Assembly: GCA_965248535.1 (NCBI GenBank)
Contig: CBDFJR010000005.1
Span: 1,184,001 to 1,248,000, forward strand
Origin: Phormidesmis sp.
GTDB lineage: Bacteria; Cyanobacteriota; Cyanobacteriia; Leptolyngbyales; Leptolyngbyaceae
Reading direction: 5' to 3'
DNA: 64,000 nucleotides
Each line of letters starts with the position of its first letter. Position 1 is the first letter of the stretch. The translations under genes were made by a program, and so were the position numbers. Below the pieces are notes generated by a model that saw only the letters and a list, made by a program, of their open reading frames with translations, was not told the origin of the DNA and did not search any database. Below, piece by piece: positions 56,688-64,000 of the stretch.

Positions 56688-59657
56688 TTATAATCCAGTG
56701 TAACTGAAGGCTGCCCAGTGGAAAGGGTGAGCAAAGTCGTGATCGCTCGGTGTTCTAAAGGTGAGTTCGTCATAGAGAACACGGGCGGTGGATTCTGGGA
56801 AGCGAGAACTGCCACCAAATTCAGGCAGGGAGGCTTCGAGTCCCTGTACTTTTTCCTCATTGGTGGTGTCGCGCAGCCAAATTTGAGCTTGGCGTAATGC
56901 TTGAGCAGGCGGTAGGGCTTGGTCGCCGCGCCAGAAGTCGTAGAATTTGGTGAGCAGGAGCATGGTACTCAGGTCGGAGACTGACCAGAGGGAGGCAATG
57001 ACTCCAGCGACTCCAGCTTGTAGCAGTCCGGTGGGCAGACTGATGGCTTCATCAGCATTTTCGATGCCAGAAAGTCCAGTTTCGCAGGCGGAGAGGATGG
57101 CAAGGCGAACACCGCCGCGATCGCTCAAGTTAAGAGCAAGGATATCGCGCAGGGTAAGGAGTCCGTCACTCATCTGGAGTCCACTGTTAAGCGGGTCGGT
57201 GAGTTCAGCTTTTCCGTGGCAGGAGAAGTGGACGATCGAGGCTTCTGAGAGTTGCGATCTCTCCGAGATATCTGCTAAAGCAGATCGCACGGCTTCGATC
57301 GTGGCTTCGGTGTGTCGGAGAACGGTGCGCTGTTGAAAGTTAGCGATCGCGGCGTGTACTTCTCGTTCTGAGTTTTTGAGATCTTGAGTAGGGTTGTCGA
57401 TCGCTAGGATTGAATCGGCTGGGGTGCGAGTAGCGATCTCTTGGGCAGCGGAGAGCGATTGGGCATTGGGTGCGTGGGTGAAATGAATATCATCGAGGGC
57501 ATAGTGTCGTCCGGTCGGAGTTGTGGAATTTTCTGTCCAGGCAGCGTGGAGGGGCAGCAGGCTGAAGTATCCGGTGGGGATGAGGGTAGCTCGATGGAAG
57601 TTATGGGTTTTGAGATGACGAATGAGGGGTTCCATCAGAGGTTGCCAGAGTTGATGAGTAACGGAGTCGATCGCATTGAACCAGGCTTGTCGATCGAGGT
57701 GGGACTGTCTATATGCTTTCAGCCACGTATTGTTTAGCAGATCAATCAGTTGTGTTTCAGCAAAGTTGTTCAGCCAGATTGACTCAATATCATCTGGGGT
57801 AACTACGAGAGCTAGGCTGCCTGCTGAAGTGCTAACGAGGTAGACCAAGGGGCGATCGCGGGTTACAGCCCGACGGACATCTTCAAAGGTTGGGAGGGTC
57901 AAGAAAGCTTCGTAACTGGGTACTTGGCGGACTTCTTGAATGAGTGTGTTGAGTTGCTGACGTAGGGCGATCGCGGTTTCTCGCGTGTCTTCAGGGGTTA
58001 GGTTGTGAAGATCGCTAGAGGTCATGCTAGCGCGTTGCTGATTTTCTAGACTGCGGAGTTGGGTGGTGAGGCTTTGATATTGTTCATACAGAACTGGGGC
58101 AAGTTGTTGGAGTTGGTCAAGATCGGCTCGATCTCGGTTTAAGCTTTCACTGAGTCCACGGGCACGACCTTGTTCTAGAACTTCGACAGCCTTTTGGAGG
58201 TTGCCAATGCGGGCGAAAGTATAGGCGCTACGGCGGGGCAGATCAGCAGTCTCAGCCAGTTCAGCGGCTTTGCCGTCGAGGAAGATGCAGGCTTGATAAA
58301 GGACTTCATAAGCACTGAGGGCAGTGTCGTAAGCCTCGGCAGCGTTTGACCAGGTTTGTTGTTCAAAGTGCAGATTGCCAAGATTGCGGGCAGTTCGCCG
58401 ACACTCTTGTGGGAAAGCGTCGGAGGTATAGACTTTCAGGGCGAGTTGATAGGCTGCGATCTCATCTTCAAGATTTTCAGCCCGATCTCCCCGAATGCGG
58501 TTACTGTAGGCAAGTGCCAAGTTATTTTGTGTTCCTGCCCATCGTTCTCGGAAATCATCGGGGGTATAGACTTGCAGAGCGAGTTGGTAGCCAGCGATCG
58601 CCTGTTCGAGATTTTCAGCCCGATCTCCCCAGATGCGGTTATTATAGGCAAGTGCCAAGTTATTTTGCGTCGTTGCCCATTGTTCTGGGAAAGCGGGAGT
58701 TCTTACTTTCAGGGCGAGTTGATAGACCGCGATGGCCTGTTCGAGATTTTCAGCCCGCTCTCCCCGGATGCGTTCAGTGTAGGCATTTGCCAGGTTATTT
58801 TGCGTCGTTGCCCAATCTTGTGGGAAAGCGTCGGGGGTATAGACTTTCAGGGCGAGTTGATAGGCCGCGATGGCCTGCTCGAGATTTTCAGCCCGATCTC
58901 CCCGGATGCGGTTCTTGTAGGCAAGTGCCAAGTTATTTTGCGTCGTTGCCCATTCTTCTGGGAAAGCGTCGGGGGTTCTCACTTGCAGGGCGAGTTGACA
59001 GGCCGTGATGGCCTGTTCGAGATTGTCAGCGCCCTCTCCTCGGATGCGGTTCTTGTAGGCAAGTGCCAAGTTATTTTGCGTCGTTGCCCATTCTTCTGGG
59101 AAAGCGTCGGGGGTTCTCACCTGCAGGGCGAGTTGATAAGCCTCGATACTCAACTCTAGATTGAGCCAGCGAGTACCTAAAGGAAATTGCTGAATTAGAT
59201 TGCCAAACCCAACCAATACAGCCGCTACAAAGATTCGCTGTTCTGCCTCTCCGGTAAACAACCGTGCCATCACTTGAGGCATCACCGCTAGCAATTCCAG
59301 ATTCAACCGTTCCTGCTGCTGTGCCCAGACTGCATAGACCTGTTGCGTATTTCCTTGGTTTTCTGCCACCAACTGCAACGTCTCTAGCAAAAACCTTGCT
59401 GCATCCTCCGTTCCGGTCGAGTTAGCGGTTTCTAAACCCAACGCCTGCGACAACTGCGCCGCAAATCCCCGTAGCCATTTTGCATCGCTATCGCCTTGAC
59501 TCTCAAGATGCACCGCAACCCGCTCCATCTCCTCCAGCAACCCTGCATCCACCAATTCTGCATTTGCCTGCAAAAGCTCTGCCTCCTGCCCCTGCGAACA
59601 GCCCAACAGTTGCTCAATCAATCCCACATACGCCTTTATCCGCTGCTCATCTATCAC
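56688..59657 (-). CDS. TPR-repeat CHAT (caspase-like) protease
   Basis: About six 40-aa TPR-like units; EQGRAR; catalytic HFSCHG and LSACET; ASLWSVSD; PFHWAAF. Confidence 0.93.
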   Translation of the reverse strand: MIDEQRIKAYVGLIEQLLGCSQGQEAELLQANAELVDAGLLEEMERVAVHLESQGDSDAKWLRGFAAQLSQALGLETANSTGTEDAARFLLETLQLVAENQGNTQQVYAVWAQQQERLNLELLAVMPQVMARLFTGEAEQRIFVAAVLVGFGNLIQQFPLGTRWLNLELSIEAYQLALQVRTPDAFPEEWATTQNNLALAYKNRIRGEGADNLEQAITACQLALQVRTPDAFPEEWATTQNNLALAYKNRIRGDRAENLEQAIAAYQLALKVYTPDAFPQDWATTQNNLANAYTERIRGERAENLEQAIAVYQLALKVRTPAFPEQWATTQNNLALAYNNRIWGDRAENLEQAIAGYQLALQVYTPDDFRERWAGTQNNLALAYSNRIRGDRAENLEDEIAAYQLALKVYTSDAFPQECRRTARNLGNLHFEQQTWSNAAEAYDTALSAYEVLYQACIFLDGKAAELAETADLPRRSAYTFARIGNLQKAVEVLEQGRARGLSESLNRDRADLDQLQQLAPVLYEQYQSLTTQLRSLENQQRASMTSSDLHNLTPEDTRETAIALRQQLNTLIQEVRQVPSYEAFLTLPTFEDVRRAVTRDRPLVYLVSTSAGSLALVVTPDDIESIWLNNFAETQLIDLLNNTWLKAYRQSHLDRQAWFNAIDSVTHQLWQPLMEPLIRHLKTHNFHRATLIPTGYFSLLPLHAAWTENSTTPTGRHYALDDIHFTHAPNAQSLSAAQEIATRTPADSILAIDNPTQDLKNSEREVHAAIANFQQRTVLRHTEATIEAVRSALADISERSQLSEASIVHFSCHGKAELTDPLNSGLQMSDGLLTLRDILALNLSDRGGVRLAILSACETGLSGIENADEAISLPTGLLQAGVAGVIASLWSVSDLSTMLLLTKFYDFWRGDQALPPAQALRQAQIWLRDTTNEEKVQGLEASLPEFGGSSRFPESTARVLYDELTFRTPSDHDFAHPFHWAAFSYTGL
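57254..57288. repeat. HIP1 site split by a 27-bp in-frame two-hairpin insertion
   Basis: GC-GATC-TCTCCGAGATATCTGCTAAAGCA-GATC-GC; removing 27 bp restores GCGATCGC. Confidence 0.7.
58405..59150 (-). repeat. 120-bp coding tandem repeats (TPR array)
   Basis: Near-identical units such as GCCAAGTTATTTTGCGTCGTTGCCCA recur about every 120 bp; one unit is 117 bp. Confidence 0.9.
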
Positions 59658-59708
59658 AGATTATCCCATCAAGACTCCATGATGATCTACACAGTCATTG
59701 TTCGCTAT

Positions 59709-59776
59709 ACCGGATTTATACGGATAAAATCACAGTTTCCTAACCGGATTTATACGGATAAAATCACAGTTTCCTA
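59709..59776. repeat. Perfect 34-bp tandem duplication
   Basis: ACCGGATTTATACGGATAAAATCACAGTTTCCTA x2. Confidence 0.9.
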
Positions 59777-60059
59777 ATGGCGCTAGAATCGCTCGAACCG
59801 CCCGACTCGCTGCCTCTGGATTCTTCTCATTCAAGAAATCAAACTGCTTTTGCAAATCAGCCAGTGCTTCTGGTAGCCAAGAGAGCTGAAACATCACGAT
59901 CGCGGCTCTTTGCGTAGATTTGCCGCCCGCTCCACAACCTGCTCATGGGACATTCGGCTTCCAATTTGCTGAAACGTCTGCCATCGCCGTTCATTAGTCT
60001 TGAATGATTTCCGCCTCAGTCAGTTCGACAAATCTCGCAGTCGTATCCACGTCTTCCAT
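59730..60059 (-). pseudogene. Decayed RelE/ParE-type toxin-antitoxin pair
   Basis: Toxin start at 59894 MFQLSWLPEALADLQKQFDFLNEKNPEAASRAV, truncated; upstream frameshifted ORF ending ERRWQTFQQIGSRMSHEQVV...* with TGATG overlap. Confidence 0.6.
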
Positions 60060-60123
60060 TGCGCTATTCGCTTCATTCACGGCAAGTTGCTGAAGATGGA
60101 AAGACTTCAAAGCGTATGAACGA

Positions 60124-61227
60124 CTAAAATTCAGCATACTGCGGCGGACTCGCCCCGACCCGTTGCGTAATTCGAGGATAGTTGACCTTCAGTTGCGGTT
60201 CTGTAATCGCCACAACACCTACCTGATGCCACCAATCATCCCCAAAATCAAACCAATAGCCAAACGGTTCGTTGATCGCTAAACCCAACGCTCCAATTTT
60301 GGTCTTGGCAACATCCCCTGCGATCGGGCTATCAAAATCATCCTTTGAGTTCATGGCTAACCCATAACGATCGGCATTCGGATCGCCGGGACCACTCCCT
60401 TTCAACTGAAACTCATACAGATGCTCCTCTTCGCGATCGAATGCTCTGAAAATGATGTGATGCAGATCTTCTAAGGTTTGATCCCCCCGAATCTCGATCG
60501 TTCGGACGATTTGAGGATTTTTCTTGACAAACTTCTCGGCAATCGGACCACTAAGTAAGGCGACTTCCAAAACATACAACGCTTGGAGGGCTTCTGCGGA
60601 AGGCGGCTGGCTCGTCGATGTCAGTTTACGCTGGGCAGATTTGGCTTTTCGGGATTCAGGAGGATTTTGGGCTGTCATCCCTTCTATTGCGTTCGCGATC
60701 GCATCACTGTTCTCCTTGTGTCCTGGAATGTAGGGAATCAGCCCTTTACGATAGGCTTCCACCTGCGCCCCAAGCGGTGCGCTGCGGATATCCATCAGCA
60801 AACCATTCACCGACAGCATCCAGATCAGGGGATTGCGATCGACCATGCTGGGCAAGCACCAATCCGGGTCAAACTGCCGCATCTTCAACGTATCCCGCAC
60901 GAGCTTTGATTTGCCTTGCCCGGTACTCTCGGCAACCCCAAACCCCCGATAGAGTTCGCTGGCATTAATATGAGGGCTTTGAGAACTATCAAACAGAAAA
61001 TTGACCATCCCGATCGCATGGGTAATACCACAAGCCCACGTCTTTGCCTGTCCTTTGTCGAGTGGAGAAGGGCGCTTGCGGCAAAGCGCAGCCGTGGCTT
61101 GACGAATCAGATGGGCGTATTCCTCGTTGAGATGTTGCCGCGCAAATTCATCAGTCAGTGCAACGATGCTGTTGAACTTCGCTTCCATTGCCTTTGGGAC
61201 ATCTTCGGATTTCTTAGATTTAGCCAT
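60124..61227 (-). CDS. DUF6398-like N-terminus fused to a pRiA4b ORF-3-like domain
   Basis: LCRKRPSPL..WACGI..NFLFD; RTIEIRGDQTLEDLH..AFDR.EEHLYEF, YWFDFGDDWWH. Confidence 0.78.
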   Translation of the reverse strand: MAKSKKSEDVPKAMEAKFNSIVALTDEFARQHLNEEYAHLIRQATAALCRKRPSPLDKGQAKTWACGITHAIGMVNFLFDSSQSPHINASELYRGFGVAESTGQGKSKLVRDTLKMRQFDPDWCLPSMVDRNPLIWMLSVNGLLMDIRSAPLGAQVEAYRKGLIPYIPGHKENSDAIANAIEGMTAQNPPESRKAKSAQRKLTSTSQPPSAEALQALYVLEVALLSGPIAEKFVKKNPQIVRTIEIRGDQTLEDLHHIIFRAFDREEEHLYEFQLKGSGPGDPNADRYGLAMNSKDDFDSPIAGDVAKTKIGALGLAINEPFGYWFDFGDDWWHQVGVVAITEPQLKVNYPRITQRVGASPPQYAEF

Positions 61228-61374
61228 GACGGTAGGGTGAGCGAGAAATTGAGGTGAGAGCGGGGGCAAAAAATGTAGAAGACCTACTTTATTTTTACAG
61301 TACCTCGCTCACCTGCGATTGTCCTCAGCGTGCGATCGCACTCTCATGTTTTGATTTAGTCAAATTAAAGTTAA

Positions 61375-63590
61375 CAATAGTTCGGACAGTTTTTGCGGTC
61401 AGACGTGGACAGAAAAGCTATCCATCAGCTAGGGTGCAGATTAGAAACAAAGCGCACCGGATGGATAGCCACAGGGAAGAAATTGTACAGACCTTAGGGA
61501 CTTGCGGATAAATAATCTCCCAGTCATTCTAGAAAGTAGGAAGCGTAGGTCAGCCGCCGCCCCTATCAATCTCTAGAATTGGAATGTACAGAACCATGTT
61601 AAGCGACTCCATTCAGTCTACTTTCAAAGATGCTGCTCAGAAACTGACTGGCAACCGCAAACGAGACTTCATGGCAAAAGTCACCCAAGACTACTTTGAG
61701 GGTTCAGCCCGTAAAGCAGAAACCGTTTTAGGCTGGTGTCGCCATAGTGTCCAACTGGGTTTGCATGAACAGCGCACCGGAATAGTCTGAGTGGACAACT
61801 ATCAGGCAAGGGGACGACGCAAAAGCGAAGTGGGGAGAAGCGGATATTCGTTCATTGGTAGATGCTCGAGGACCCAAAATTTCAATCGACCTTTCTATTG
61901 CCCGAAGTGGAGCGGCACTTGTGAGTGAGGCGGGTTACGAAGCGCGAATTGACTCGTCAAACAATAAGAGGTGCTGAATCGCCTGGGATATCGCCTAAAA
62001 AAACACAAAAGACCAAACCCTTGAAAAAGATTGCTCAAACGGATGCAATCTTCCAGAATGTCTTTGAACAGTCAGGCATCGGATGATAATGCATTCGTTC
62101 GAATCTCGATTGATAGCAAAGCCAAAGTGAAGAGCGGCAAAGCCAGGACAATCGATCCTCCACAGGCTGATGACCACGACGAGTGGCAAACCGTCTTGGT
62201 GCCCTTTGGAATTCTCAACACTCACACCCACCAATTCGCAATCTACATGGGGCAGTCGGCTGAAACTAGTGATTTTATCGTCAATTGTCTTACCGATTGG
62301 TGGACGCACAATCGACCTAGTTATCCTCAACTCGACGAGTGGGTGATTGACCTTGATGGAGGGGCAGCAACCCGCAGTCGCACACAATTCATCAAACGAA
62401 TGGTCGCTCAGGCAATTGGGGTGACAATCCGATTGATTTACTACCCGCCGTACCACAGCAAATACAATCCAATTGAACGCTGTTGGGCAGTATTAGAGAA
62501 TTATTGGAACGGTGCAATCTTAGATTCAGTCAAGACCGCTCTAAACGCTAGGCGAATAGCCCCAATTGTACAGTGGTCGAAACCACCTATGAAAGAGGAA
62601 TCAAAGCTACCAGAAGAGCTAAAACAGTACCAACCCTTCTGGCAACGTTCTGAAGTATTCATGGGACATCACCATTGTTCCGACTTAGCTGGTAGATTAT
62701 TTACCTGCAAGTCCCTTACTGTCAAAAGTGGGAAATTTCGCAAACCGCAATCGAAGTTTTTAGTGACGTTATTCTCGACGATTTTGGTGGTGTGTGGCAA
62801 AGTGAACTTCACGAATTTGAGTCGATACAGTGAATTGAATGAGAAGACGTATCGACGGCAGTTTATTGAAGAGGTCGACTTTGCGAAATTGAATGCAACC
62901 CTGATTCAAGCGGCAGCCGAACCGGGGCATCAGCAACTTGCAGTAATGGATTGCTCGTTCCTTCGCAAAAGCGGCAAAGCGACGTTTGGGCTAGACCGCT
63001 TCTGGAATGGCTGCAATAGTCGTGTGGAGCGAGGATTAGAGGTGTCGTTGGTGGGAGTGGTAGAGGTCGAAACGGAGATGAGCTATGCGCTCCACGCCCA
63101 GCAACCTTCGCTCAACGGAGATGGCGGGCGTGAGTCGGATGGATCAGTATCTGGGTCATCTCACTCTGGTACGCTCTCAACTCCCACCCACGGTGCAGTA
63201 TTTAGCCGTCGATGGGGCTTATGCGAAGGAGCGGTTTGTGACGGGTGCCACGCGATTGAAGTTGGATGTGATTAGCAAACTGCGGTGTGACGCGAACCTG
63301 CGTTATCTCTACACCGGGGTGCAGAAGACGCGGGGCAGAAAGCGCAAGTATGACGGCAAAGTTGACCTCACAGACCTCACCCGTTTGACTTGGGTGGAAA
63401 CGGTGCAACCCAAAGTTGACCTCTACACCCAACGCGTCTGGCACGTCTCGCTGAAACGGGAGATTCGAGTTGTCTACCTGGTTGACCGTCGTGCTCCCAA
63501 CCGAGTCCGCACCGCTCTGCTGTTCAGCACCGATGTCGAGCAAGACCCCAAGCAGATTATTCAGTTCTATAAATTGCGCTTCGGGATTGA
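61375..63590 (+). mobile_element. Copy 2 of the IS at 11724, interrupted by an ISAzo13-like element and 3'-truncated
   Basis: Same left IR and 5' sequence; homology resumes at 62716 and ends at 63590. Confidence 0.9.
61497..62715 (+). mobile_element. ISAzo13-family element, degraded transposase
   Basis: IRs GGGACTTGCGGATAAATAATCT and AGATTATTTACCTGCAAGTCCC; TTA duplicated at 61494-61496 and 62716-62718; RISIDSKAKV, YYPPYHSKYNPIERCW. Confidence 0.88.
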
Positions 63591-63692
63591 GATAAGCCAG
63601 CCTCAATGCCCTCATACACCTCTGAAACTTTATGACGCGATTGCATTGGATGAGATCGTTTTTTGGACATCACAAAACTCCTGTCTTAAATT

Positions 63693-64000
63693 CTACGATA
63701 AGTCTGTCTGACTGGAATCAGGGCAGCATGTAATTTCAAGGACTTCGCCGCGCCAACGCTGGCGTAAGATTGCGCCCGGTGGCTGCTGGCGATGGGTTCT
63801 GAGTCGCTCCAACTCCGGTTCATCTGCCCAGATAATCCAATGTTTGGGGAACTCCGGTTGCTGACGCGCTTTCACCCAACCGCGTCTGACCCAGTTGTAG
63901 AGGGTGATAGTTGGCATCTGTAAAAGGGCTGCCAAATCGGGCAACCACCATTCCTGCTCTGCCAAAGCAGATTGAATTTGAGGGGCACGCGGCTCAACCA
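63693..64000 (-). CDS. C-terminal end of a probable large serine recombinase of a mobile element (runs off window)
   Basis: EWWLPDLAALLQMP..TLYNWVRRGWVKARQ..WIIWAD..ELERLR HTH-like tail; new sequence starts at 63591 where IS copy 2 is cut. Confidence 0.5.
   Translation of the reverse strand, partial: VEPRAPQIQSALAEQEWWLPDLAALLQMPTITLYNWVRRGWVKARQQPEFPKHWIIWADEPELERLRTHRQQPPGAILRQRWRGEVLEITCCPDSSQTDLS

Noticed and set aside
58346..59159. Plus-strand ORFs of 220 and 267 aa
   Set aside because: Antisense to the TPR repeats; repetition explains the lack of stops
13038..61374. Replication initiator, integrase or type IV secretion genes for the plasmid-like segment
   Set aside because: None recognised; the segment is at most mobilisable on present evidence
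62031..63275. 414-aa ORF as a real fusion protein
   Set aside because: Chance read-through from the degraded ISAzo13 transposase across its IR into the host IS
1..64000. Frequent GCGATCGC octamers as a novel repeat
   Set aside because: This is the known cyanobacterial HIP1 sequence

Overview
Cyanobacterial DNA (abundant HIP1 octamer GCGATCGC, AMIN-domain TonB receptor, cyanobacterial-type LexA; probably a filamentous Leptolyngbya-like strain, by inference). 1-11.7 kb looks chromosomal: histidine kinase end, dusB, a lexA variant and an exbBD/tonB/TonB-dependent receptor/mbnP/mbnH cluster. Two directly oriented copies of one DDE insertion sequence (11724-13037 and 61375-63590) bracket about 48 kb of plasmid-like cargo. 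That cargo holds a relaxase with a nested gene, mobC, parM/parR, a candidate leading region, Zn/Cd efflux genes and lipid-modifying genes. It also holds an envelope-remodelling island (33.6-49.8 kb) with nine copies of one 20-bp box, each followed exactly 10 bp later by a TAnnnT -10 hexamer; one of these promoters drives a candidate 76-nt sRNA. Further cargo: a TnpB-only IS200/IS605 element, several IS-disrupted genes, and an operon of TPR-CHAT protease, MNT/HEPN toxin-antitoxin, small Cys/His protein and 4-TM protein that may be a protease-triggered defence system. No rRNA, tRNA, CRISPR array or replication initiator was recognised. Several 1-bp frameshifts could be sequencing errors.
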